A stretch of DNA of 19,115 nucleotides from a bacterium. GTDB lineage: Bacteria; SZUA-182; DTGQ01; JAFGSM01. Below are positions 1 through 7,587 of this stretch, in pieces. The stretch lies in contig JBLIRO010000087.1 of assembly GCA_049472335.1 (NCBI GenBank), positions 1 to 19,115 on the forward strand. Reading direction: 5' to 3'. Every line of letters begins with the position of its first letter. Position 1 is the stretch's first letter. A model generated the notes under the pieces. The model was not told the DNA's origin. It saw only the letters and a program-made list of their open reading frames with translations, and did no database searches. The position numbers were made by a program, and so were the translations under genes.

Positions 1-302
1 TTTTTATGATTATTGGCCAAGTCCTGCAATGCATCATAGTCCAAGTTGCATCCGTGTCTAACAGCAGACAATACCAAGATCTCCCAGTAGCAAAGGCCCC
101 GGGTACCATGCTTTTCGCTTTTGCCTCCCAATACATCTTGTTTGATCAGATCCAGGATTTCTCCCAGAAGCTTGCGTTTTTTGTTAATCCTTTGAAGCCC
201 CATAAGAATTGGAATTATTTCATGCCGACAGTTCAAATCAAATTTTATCTCTTTTATATTTTTGCTTCCTATGGTAATCTGTTTCTTGTATGTTTGCCTC
301 AA
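1..302 (-). CDS. Transposase N-terminus (ISNCY/IS5-like), runs off the window
   Basis: Not in the ORF track. TTG start at 302 after AAGGGGGG. Open frame MRQTYKKQITIGSKNIKEIKFDLNCRHEIIPILMGLQ...GTRGLCYWEILVLSAVRHGCNLDYDALQDLANNHK resembles the 'GxxGMxxWxILVL...CNxDYDxLQxxANNH' N-terminal signature I recognise from these transposases. Confidence 0.8.
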   Translation of the reverse strand, partial: MRQTYKKQITIGSKNIKEIKFDLNCRHEIIPILMGLQRINKKRKLLGEILDLIKQDVLGGKSEKHGTRGLCYWEILVLSAVRHGCNLDYDALQDLANNHK

Positions 303-462
303 GATTTTATCCCCCCTTGTGAATGTGTGGGTTTTAATATAAATTGTTTAAAACTTGTTGATTTAAAAGCAATTATATTAAATTCTCCCTGCTTTTGCAA
401 GGGGGTAATATATGTTTATTTCAATTTTATCAAATAGTTATTATGTTTTCGGACAGACACTA
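1..462 (-). mobile_element. Insertion sequence, 5' part (ISNCY/IS5-like), truncated by the window edge
   Basis: Carries the transposase N-terminus (next feature). Probable terminus reads TAGTGTCTGTCCGAAAAC on the minus strand (462-445). The other end is outside the window, so the inverted repeat cannot be confirmed. Confidence 0.7.
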
Positions 463-530
463 ATTAATTTTCTCTCTCAAATTTGGCGCATATACGTTCT
501 ATAAGAAACATACTTCAAAAAAAGATATAA

Positions 531-665
531 CTTACATTAATAAAAATTGATAGCCGTATTGAACCAATTCCTTGCGGTGAAGACCAATGGGAGAAAGATG
601 ATTCCAGTCCTATCATTGAAATTGCACGAAGAGAGGGTGAACCTATAAAGCTTACTGAAGATTAA
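531..665 (+). pseudogene. C-terminal remnant of a minimal nucleotidyltransferase (MNT-like) gene
   Basis: Start-less frame LTLIKIDSRIEPIPCGEDQWEKDDSSPIIEIARREGEPIKLTED* resembles the MNT-type tail (D-x-RIEP...IxEIxxxG). In-frame TAA at 528-530, and the N-terminal catalytic motif is absent. Confidence 0.55.
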
Positions 666-757
666 CCTTCTTTCTTATCCTTCATAGGTATGGCTGCGTA
701 ACAGACTGTATAAATTCTTTGACATAATCGCTCCCTATGCCCCAACCCTTGATGAAT

Positions 758-783
758 ATGTCACAAGAACGTCCCTTTGACAC
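758..783. repeat. REP-like palindrome
   Basis: ATGTCACAAGAACGTCCCTTTGACAC: TGTCA/TGACA arms around a GAACGTCCC core. A partial second arm, TTCTTTGACATA, lies at ~716-726. Confidence 0.4.
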
Positions 784-1078
784 CCCTTATGCCCTCAAGA
801 TCACTATAAGATTTTCAGGACTAATACCTCTTCTTATATCCATTTCCAGCACTCTCCCTGGGTAAGAGGACTGTGCATTTTATAGAGGACCAGGTTATCT
901 AAGTCAATCGTTGTTTTGAAAAAAAAGAGATCAGCTTGCAAGAAACCATTCCCCACATCCTTTATAATGACTAATTCTTTGTTCTCTATAGATTAATGAA
1001 AGATACCTAATATAAAAGTATAATCCAGGTGCATCCAAAGAGGAATTTTTAGAATTTCTTAGAAATGTTTAGTAAAAT

Positions 1079-1117
1079 AAAAAAAGCACCTGAAGCATTA
1101 TTCAGTTTCAGGCGCTT
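1079..1117 (-). terminator. Intrinsic terminator closing the peptide/structured-RNA unit
   Basis: Minus strand AAGCGCCTGAAAC-TGAATAAT-GCTTCAGGTGCTT then a T run. The G-U pair works only on the minus strand. Confidence 0.85.
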
Positions 1118-1124
1118 CCTAATT

Positions 1125-1390
1125 TCTGGGCTAATGCTCTTCGGCTTTATTACCAAGAACAACCATGGGATCAAGACGTAGCGGCTTGAAGAGTATACGA
1201 TAAATAGGTTAAACAGGCCATATCAAGGAATGGTGTATGCATTGTTCACTCCCTATGCTCATATGATTCATGGAATCTGTGAACAGCACCTCATCCCGTG
1301 CCATCAGTTAGCGACACCATTGGCTCTATAAAGGATTCAAGGTTGCGCATACAACTAAGTACCATCGCCTATCCGGGACCTGGCAATTTA
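1125..1390 (-). ncRNA. Candidate structured RNA (long 3' UTR or ncRNA), family unassigned
   Basis: Nested helices at 1229-1236/1314-1321 (8 bp), 1243-1249/1279-1285 (7 bp), 1265-1269/1273-1277 and 1185-1190/1336-1341, plus several local hairpins whose G-U pairs favour the minus strand. Confidence 0.4.
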
Positions 1391-1395
1391 CACCA

Positions 1396-1482
1396 TCAAC
1401 CATACCAACAGTAATATTTAACCTTACCGTTAATCGTCATTATAACTGGATTGCCCGCCTTAACATCAGTCTTTGCCTTCAT
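1396..1482 (-). CDS. Unannotated 28-aa peptide MKAKTDVKAGNPVIMTINGKVKYYCWYG
   Basis: Near-perfect Shine-Dalgarno GAAAGGAGGTGA 6 nt before ATG (the same SD string precedes the 14850 gene), TGA stop at 1398-1396, downstream terminator. Confidence 0.75.
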   Translation of the reverse strand: MKAKTDVKAGNPVIMTINGKVKYYCWYG

Positions 1483-1771
1483 TGGATTTCACCTCCTTTC
1501 AACGATTAAATATTTTCGATATTGTCTGATTTGCCGTTCTGATTTAATAGACGTAAAAATATTTCCTTTTTCCCTCGATATGTATTATGTAAATTTATTT
1601 CCTGAAGTCTGTTGCCTTAAAAGGGAATATGAAGAAGTTCCTAAGCTATACTATTCTTTGAAATGACGGGTGATCACGATTGATAATGTTGTAACCATGA
1701 GATGAATAAGTGAGGAAGGGGACGATATATCCTACCCTTTTCACTTTATATTAAATATATTGTAGACATAT

Positions 1772-1809
1772 AAAAAATAGGGTAACAGGTTGAAAACCCA
1801 TTACACTAT
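1772..1809 (-). terminator. Intrinsic terminator downstream of tRNA-Gly
   Basis: Minus strand ATAG-T-GTAATGGGTT-ttc-AACCTGTTAC-C-CTAT then a T run. G-U pairs are valid on the minus strand only. Confidence 0.65.
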
Positions 1810-1947
1810 ATTTCTCTAAGTTATAAGAATTTAATCCTTAAATCAGTCCCAAAAGTTTATCCAGTTCCTCTTTAGTGCATCAATTTTGGGCAGGTATTAT
1901 AAGTACATATAGATAAAGACAATCTATTATTTATTAAACATAATACT

Positions 1948-2023
1948 TGGAGCGGGCAACGGGATTCGAACCCGCGACTCCGAGCTTGGGAAGCTCGTAC
2001 TCTACCAGCTGAGTTATGCCCGC
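1948..2023 (-). tRNA. tRNA-Gly (anticodon CCC)
   Basis: 76 nt GCGGGCA...TGCCCGC-TCCA. Anticodon arm CGAGC-TTCCCAA-GCTCG, T-loop GGTTCGAATCC, encoded CCA end. Confidence 0.98.
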
Positions 2024-2037
2024 TCTAATGGGAATTA

Positions 2038-2067
2038 ATTGTATAATTTTCCCTGTCCTTTTGTCAA
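2038..2067 (-). promoter_or_regulatory. Sigma70-type promoter of tRNA-Gly
   Basis: TTGACA (2067-2062), 18-nt spacer, TACAAT (2043-2038), just upstream of the tRNA 5' end. Confidence 0.75.
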
Positions 2068-2214
2068 TACAAGGGATTTTTCCCCTGCAAATCTCTTATT
2101 GACTATTTTGTTGCCCGAACATGGTATCAGCCTCAAAACCGGATTTTTAAAACCTTCCCCATCTTGACCAGCTCGTAAAAAAGTCATTGCAGGAATTTAT
2201 TGGTTGCATTTTAA

Positions 2215-2244
2215 TTGCTATGGCATACCCATATGACATATAAT
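2215..2244 (+). promoter_or_regulatory. Putative sigma70 promoter of the PBP1A gene (probably leaderless)
   Basis: TTGCTA (2215-2220), 18-nt spacer, TATAAT (2239-2244). ATG follows 6 nt later with no SD. Confidence 0.5.
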
Positions 2245-2250
2245 ATCTAT

Positions 2251-4275
2251 ATGAAATCAATAACTAAAAATATAGCAATATTCTGGTTTGTTGCCACGGC
2301 GGCTGTTATAGGCGGCATTATCTCAGGCTTCTTTCTCTCTGTGCTCCACGGCCTTCCGGAGATAAGAAAACTCGAAGACTATAAACCCTTCATGGCGACA
2401 ACGGTTTATTCATATGACGGCCGTCCCATAACACAATGGTTCATCGAACGCAGATCCCCCGTCTCTTTGGATCGTATTCCAAAACAACTCAGGCAAGCTA
2501 CAATCGCAGTTGAGGACAAAAATTTCTTTGATCATAAAGGCATTGACTTGATCAGCATCCTGAGGGCAGCCGTGATCAATATAAAAGCGGGTAAGATCTT
2601 ACAGGGAGGAAGCACCATTACCCAGCAGCTCTCCAAGGTCCTTTTCCTGACTCCGGAAAAAAGCTTCGATAGAAAGGCCAAGGAGGCCCTGCTCGCCGTT
2701 CAGATTGAAAGGGTCTATAAAAAAGAGGAGATCCTGGAGCTGTATTTAAACCAGATCTATTATGGGAGTGGCGCCTATGGTGTGCAGGCTGCCGCCCGGA
2801 CCTTCTTCGCTAAAGATGTCTGGGATTTGAACCTTTCCGAATGCGCACTTATTGCGGGGCTGCCAAATGCGCCAAGCCTGTATTCTCCGTTCCCTCACAT
2901 GGAAAATGCCCTTAAAAGACGCAGGCATGTATTGTTAAGGATGCGGGAAGAGGGATTTATCTCTAACGAAGAATATAACGAAGTCATTAACTCACCTTCG
3001 GGAGTTGTTAATAAAACAATTGAAATGCCCCTTGCGCCCTATTTCATTGAAAAAGTGAGGCAGGAACTGGAAAAGGAATTAGGGCCGAACCTTCTTTACC
3101 GCGGCGGTCTTCATGTGTATACAACCCTTGATCCGAATGCCCAGATAATGGCTGAAGAAGCTGTAAAAAAAGGATTAGAGGAAATCGAGGAAAGGAGAAA
3201 AAGACAGGGTCTCTCAAATAATGAAGGCCTGCCTGTTCAGGCTTCACTGATTGCCATTGATCCGCGTAACGGACATGTGATTTGTGAGGTCGGAGGAAGG
3301 GATTTTACAATCAGCCAATTTAACAGGGCAACACAGGCAAAACGGCAGCCAGGCTCGGCATTTAAACCTATCATTTACGCGGCAGCCATTCAAAACGGAT
3401 TTACGCCTGCAGATATTATAATGGACTCACCGGTGATCTATAAAATCCCCGGGACGGAAAAGCCCTGGAAACCGGCAAATTTCAGGGAAAAATTTTACGG
3501 TCCGACAAGGATAAGGACGGCTTTGGAGAAATCCTTAAATGTAGCGACAGTTAAGCTCATGAATAAGATAGGCATAACAAATACCATCCACTATGCCCGC
3601 CTGCTTGGGATCGAATCCACGCTAAAGCCCTATCCCTCTCTTGCATTAGGCACCTGTGAGGTAAGCCTGGAGGAATTGACCTCTTCCTATATACCCTTTG
3701 CAAATAATGGATTCAGGGTGAAGCCTGTCTATATCCGCTATGTAACTGATCATAAGGATGAAACCATTTATTCTCCCATTTATGAAAAAAAGCAGGTAAT
3801 TACCACGGCCACGACTTACATTATGTGCAGTCTGTTGCAAGGGGTGGTGGAAAACGGAACGGGAAGGAAGGCAAGAGAAGTAGGTGTAACAGTAGCCGGC
3901 AAAACAGGAACCACGGACAATTTTACGGACGCATGGTTTGTCGGATTCAATCCTAAAGTTGCAGCAGGTGTATGGGTGGGATTTGATGAGAAGATCAGCA
4001 TCGGTCATAATGAAACAGGATCGAAGGCTGCTTGCCCCATATGGACACTTTTCATGAAATCTTATCTTCGGGACAAGCCGGTAAGGGGTTTTGAAAAACC
4101 GGATGATGTCGTCTTTGTACCCATAGATCCCGCAAACGGGCTGCGGGTTACAGAGGCCTTTCCGAACAGTATCATTGAAGTGTTTAAAAGGGGTACGGAA
4201 CCACAGGAATACAGCCGCTCACAAGTAAAAAACTGGATCGGGTCAGAGGACTATTACCTGAAATTTATAGATTAA
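2251..4275 (+). CDS. mrcA: Class A penicillin-binding protein 1A (transglycosylase/transpeptidase)
   Basis: N-terminal TM anchor. GT51 motifs EDKNFFDHKG, GGSTITQQL, RKAKE, KEEILELYLN. Transpeptidase motifs SAFK, SLN, KTG. Start moved from TTG 2215 to ATG 2251. Confidence 0.95.
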   Translation: MKSITKNIAIFWFVATAAVIGGIISGFFLSVLHGLPEIRKLEDYKPFMATTVYSYDGRPITQWFIERRSPVSLDRIPKQLRQATIAVEDKNFFDHKGIDLISILRAAVINIKAGKILQGGSTITQQLSKVLFLTPEKSFDRKAKEALLAVQIERVYKKEEILELYLNQIYYGSGAYGVQAAARTFFAKDVWDLNLSECALIAGLPNAPSLYSPFPHMENALKRRRHVLLRMREEGFISNEEYNEVINSPSGVVNKTIEMPLAPYFIEKVRQELEKELGPNLLYRGGLHVYTTLDPNAQIMAEEAVKKGLEEIEERRKRQGLSNNEGLPVQASLIAIDPRNGHVICEVGGRDFTISQFNRATQAKRQPGSAFKPIIYAAAIQNGFTPADIIMDSPVIYKIPGTEKPWKPANFREKFYGPTRIRTALEKSLNVATVKLMNKIGITNTIHYARLLGIESTLKPYPSLALGTCEVSLEELTSSYIPFANNGFRVKPVYIRYVTDHKDETIYSPIYEKKQVITTATTYIMCSLLQGVVENGTGRKAREVGVTVAGKTGTTDNFTDAWFVGFNPKVAAGVWVGFDEKISIGHNETGSKAACPIWTLFMKSYLRDKPVRGFEKPDDVVFVPIDPANGLRVTEAFPNSIIEVFKRGTEPQEYSRSQVKNWIGSEDYYLKFID

Positions 4276-4279
4276 TGCT

Positions 4280-6541
4280 ATGAAACGGCTCTATTTGGCA
4301 ATTTCCCTCATAGGCGTGAATTCCATTTGTAGTCAAATCATCCTTATCCGGGAGCTTATCGCGGTTTTTTCCGGAAATGAGCTTACCATGGGTTTTGTTC
4401 TGGCTTCATGGTTTTTCTGGGTGGCAATAGGCAGCACAATAGGAGGAAGATGGAAAGCAGGGAACGAAACCTCCATAAGAAACAGATTCACCATCCTGCT
4501 TATTTCCATACCTTTCCTGCTTATTCTTCAAATCATACTAATACGATGGTCAAGGATCTTACTCAGCCTGCCTCAGATGGCCATTGTCGGAATGGGTCCC
4601 ATATTCTGGGTCTCTTTCCTCTTTATCTCACCCCTTTGTCTCATTCTGGGTATGATGTTCAGTCTTGGTTATCAGTGGATTATCCGGCCCGAACTATCTC
4701 CTGCAAGGAGGGTTGGCTGGGTCTATGTCCTCGAAGCGGTTGGGTCGGGTGTCGGAGGCTGCCTATTCAGCTTCCTGCTCATAAGGATTATGGGGCATTT
4801 TCAAATCTCTCTTTTATTGGGAATTGTAAACCTCTTATCCGGCCTGCTGAATTTTTCTCAAAAACCGGAAAGGAATCTTCCCGGAGTTTGGATTTCAGGC
4901 AGCCTCTCTATTCTTTTTTTGTCTCTTTTCTTTTTATCACCTTTTCTTCCTATTGATTTCCTTATCTATACAATGCAATGGAAAGATTTCAAGCTCCTTT
5001 CCTGTGAGGATTCCATTTTTGGCCGGATAGCCCTTTCAAAATTAAATGAAGAATACATCTTTTATGAGCACGGGGTCCTTACCAGCACTATCCCTGATCC
5101 CTGGACAGAGGAATGGACTGTACATCTCCCCTTTGTTCAGCACCCGGAGCCTGAAAATGCTTTACTTATAGGAACTGGGATAGGAAGTCTTAAGGAAGCT
5201 ATCAAATATCCCAGCCTGAAACGTATTGATTACGTCGAGCTCGATCCTACGGCGCTCACACTGGCAGAAAAATATTGTCCCCAAAATTACATAGAACTAT
5301 TAAATCACCCAAAGGTAAAGCCTATCCATAAGGATGCCAGGCTTTATACAAAGGAAACGGATATTGTTTATGATCTTGTAATTATCGGCCTTCCCGATCC
5401 AAAGACAGCTCAGTTAAATCGTATGTACACTATGGAATTTTACAATCTTGTATCAAATAAGCTTTCCAAAGACGGGGTAATGGCATTTTCTGTAACATCT
5501 TCTGAAAACTATATCGGTCCCCACCTGGGTGACTTTTTAAGATGCGTATATAAGACGGTCAGGGATGTCTTTCCGGATCCCCTTGTAACACCGGGAGATA
5601 CAGCGTATTTTATTGCAGGGAAAAATGAAGATTTTCTAACCCTTGATCCGGACATCATTATTCAGAGGCTATCCGCCCGTAATATAAAAACGCACTTTTT
5701 TTCCGAATGGTATCTGCCGTCTCTGCTGAGTGAAGAACGCGTTAATGATCTGAAACTTATATTTAAAGATACAGAAGGCGTCTGGATTAACAGAGATCTC
5801 AGACCCATTTGCTACTTTTATGATCTCATCCTCTGGGGGCGTTATTTTTCACCGATTACAGGGAAGATCCTGGAAAAGGCTAAAGATATCTCAGGGAAAC
5901 GGCTCCTGTTTTTTTTGGCAATTCTGACCATAATGCTTATCGTATTCACTAAAATTTCAGGCAAAGAAAAAGGCCAAAGGCTTACAGTGGGTATATTAGT
6001 GATGTTAGGCGGCTTTATAGAAATAGTACTGGAATTCCTCCTGATTCTCGGCTTCCAGGTCTTCTATGGTTACGCTTACCTCCAGCTCGGCATCCTGATT
6101 ACCGCCTTCATGGTAGGCCTGACTATGGGCAGCGCCCTGATGACTCATATCCTTGACAGCCTGAAGAAACCTTATATCTGGTATTGTGGTATACAGATCT
6201 CCTATTTTATCTATCCCCTTTTCATAATACTGCTATTTACCAGGATTAATGTTTCTTTTTGGCATGCCAAAGTGGTAGAATCCATTTTTATAGTACTGAC
6301 CCTTATGGCCGGATTTATGGGAGGATTCCAGTTCCCTCTTGCAACAGGTCTTTTTTTATCTCCAAGCCAGAAATGGAAAGGACAGGCGGGTCTTCTTTAC
6401 GGATTAGATCTGATTGGGGCAGCATTCGGGGCTGTTTTGGCAAGCAGCTACCTGGTTCCTATTTTCGGCATAGTTACTACTCTGGGAGTCCTGTCATTAA
6501 TGGGAGGGATAGGCCTGACATTGCTTTTGGTTAATATTTAA
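4280..6541 (+). CDS. Multi-TM membrane protein fused to a spermidine-synthase-like (class I SAM-fold) domain
   Basis: Hydrophobic N- and C-terminal blocks (QIILIREL...FSGNEL; LYGLDLIGAAFG) flank LLIGTGIG...IDYVELDP...DARLY...YDLVIIGLPDP...NRMYTMEFY. Confidence 0.85.
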   Translation: MKRLYLAISLIGVNSICSQIILIRELIAVFSGNELTMGFVLASWFFWVAIGSTIGGRWKAGNETSIRNRFTILLISIPFLLILQIILIRWSRILLSLPQMAIVGMGPIFWVSFLFISPLCLILGMMFSLGYQWIIRPELSPARRVGWVYVLEAVGSGVGGCLFSFLLIRIMGHFQISLLLGIVNLLSGLLNFSQKPERNLPGVWISGSLSILFLSLFFLSPFLPIDFLIYTMQWKDFKLLSCEDSIFGRIALSKLNEEYIFYEHGVLTSTIPDPWTEEWTVHLPFVQHPEPENALLIGTGIGSLKEAIKYPSLKRIDYVELDPTALTLAEKYCPQNYIELLNHPKVKPIHKDARLYTKETDIVYDLVIIGLPDPKTAQLNRMYTMEFYNLVSNKLSKDGVMAFSVTSSENYIGPHLGDFLRCVYKTVRDVFPDPLVTPGDTAYFIAGKNEDFLTLDPDIIIQRLSARNIKTHFFSEWYLPSLLSEERVNDLKLIFKDTEGVWINRDLRPICYFYDLILWGRYFSPITGKILEKAKDISGKRLLFFLAILTIMLIVFTKISGKEKGQRLTVGILVMLGGFIEIVLEFLLILGFQVFYGYAYLQLGILITAFMVGLTMGSALMTHILDSLKKPYIWYCGIQISYFIYPLFIILLFTRINVSFWHAKVVESIFIVLTLMAGFMGGFQFPLATGLFLSPSQKWKGQAGLLYGLDLIGAAFGAVLASSYLVPIFGIVTTLGVLSLMGGIGLTLLLVNI

Positions 6542-6553
6542 AGTTGTGATTTC

Positions 6554-6592
6554 GTGAAAAAGCCATTTCGTCGTATTCGGGCCTTTTTTTAC
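6554..6592 (+). terminator. Possible terminator or degenerate inverted repeat
   Basis: GTGAAAAAGCC...GGCCTTTTTTTAC right after the stop at 6541. The stem is weak. Confidence 0.35.
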
Positions 6593-6630
6593 ATCGATCT
6601 TTCAGATAACTTAATAATGGAGATAATCTT

Positions 6631-7587
6631 ATGTTTTTTTTGAAAATATTTATTTCTACTAAAAGTATTTTATCAAGGCTTTTGAATCTATGTCATAGAA
6701 ATAGAGCTATTATCTTCTTCCTTTTGCTGTTATTCTTCTTTTGCTTTTCAATATTCACAGGGACTTCCAATGCATCAGAATCCGACCCTGAGACCGAATA
6801 TGGATGGATCGAATATCTATTCAATCAAGGAGAAACAGCCCTGACTATCAATGAGGGCCTCCGTTTTATCTACTTCTACCCGACACACAAATTTTCGGAC
6901 AATGTGCGAATGCTTATCGGAAAATCGTATCTAAATGAAAACGATCTTGATAAAGCCTCAGGAACATTCAAAGAGCTGTCCGAAGGCGCTAATAGACAAC
7001 AGATAAGAGAAGAGGCAAAATTATGGCTTAGTAACAGTCTTATAAAACAAGGCAAATATAATGCAGCGCGTCAAATCTGCGATGACTTTCTGATAAGCTA
7101 TCCCCATTCAACTTTAAAGGACAGGGCTCAATACCAAAAGGCCTGGACTTTTTTAAAGGAATGGAGATGGAAGGATGCGGAAAATACCTTTAGAGAGATA
7201 GATCCTAACAGCGGATTATTTTCCGCTTCTCAGGAAATCATTGAGGAGGCGCAGGGATTGAGCCGCCAAAAGGAAAAGTCCCCTGCTGCTGCCGGAGTCC
7301 TGTCCATAATTCTCCCCGGCTCCGGATATATTTATGCCGGAAAATGGCAGACAGGGATCACGGCCTTCCTCGTAAATGGTGTTTTTATAGGCGCCGGTAT
7401 TGAGGCCTTTGATAATGATCTGCCTGTTCTTGGGTCTATTTTAAGTCTCTTTGAAATCGGATGGTATACAGGAACAATCTATGGCTCAGTTCAAAGCGCG
7501 AAAAGACATAATCATAGATTCAGAGAGGAAAAGCTCTGGTCTCTGAATCAAAGATTCACCCTGCCGCTGCTTAATATAAGATTTTAA
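6631..7587 (+). CDS. TPR-repeat envelope protein with C-terminal TM2-like membrane segment
   Basis: N-terminal hydrophobic segment, BamD/YfiO-like TPRs (FLISYPHS...AQYQKAW), C-terminal KSPAAAGVLSIILPGSGYIYAG motif. Confidence 0.75.
   Translation: MFFLKIFISTKSILSRLLNLCHRNRAIIFFLLLLFFFCFSIFTGTSNASESDPETEYGWIEYLFNQGETALTINEGLRFIYFYPTHKFSDNVRMLIGKSYLNENDLDKASGTFKELSEGANRQQIREEAKLWLSNSLIKQGKYNAARQICDDFLISYPHSTLKDRAQYQKAWTFLKEWRWKDAENTFREIDPNSGLFSASQEIIEEAQGLSRQKEKSPAAAGVLSIILPGSGYIYAGKWQTGITAFLVNGVFIGAGIEAFDNDLPVLGSILSLFEIGWYTGTIYGSVQSAKRHNHRFREEKLWSLNQRFTLPLLNIRF

Noticed and set aside
6..437. 143-aa plus-strand ORF
   Set aside because: Antisense shadow of the minus-strand transposase.
1171..1242. 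23-aa minus-strand ORF MHTPFLDMACLTYLSYTLQAATS after AGGGAG
   Set aside because: Start region lies within predicted helices and there is no other support. It cannot be fully excluded.
1125..1390. Assignment as 6S RNA, tmRNA, hammerhead or raiA-motif RNA
   Set aside because: Only short chance-level matches (GAGCCAAT, CTGATGG, GCGGCTTGAAG); the diagnostic cores are missing.
1396..1398. Genome-wide UGA recoding (genetic code 4 or 25)
   Set aside because: Long Trp- and Gly-rich ORFs have no internal TGA, and mscS ends in TGA.
1451..1666. 71-aa plus-strand ORF
   Set aside because: TTG start without RBS; overlaps antisense to the better-supported peptide gene and its SD.
2746..6534. Short alternative-frame or antisense ORFs inside the PBP1A and spermidine-synthase-like genes
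   Set aside because: Nested in well-supported genes with no recognisable motifs.
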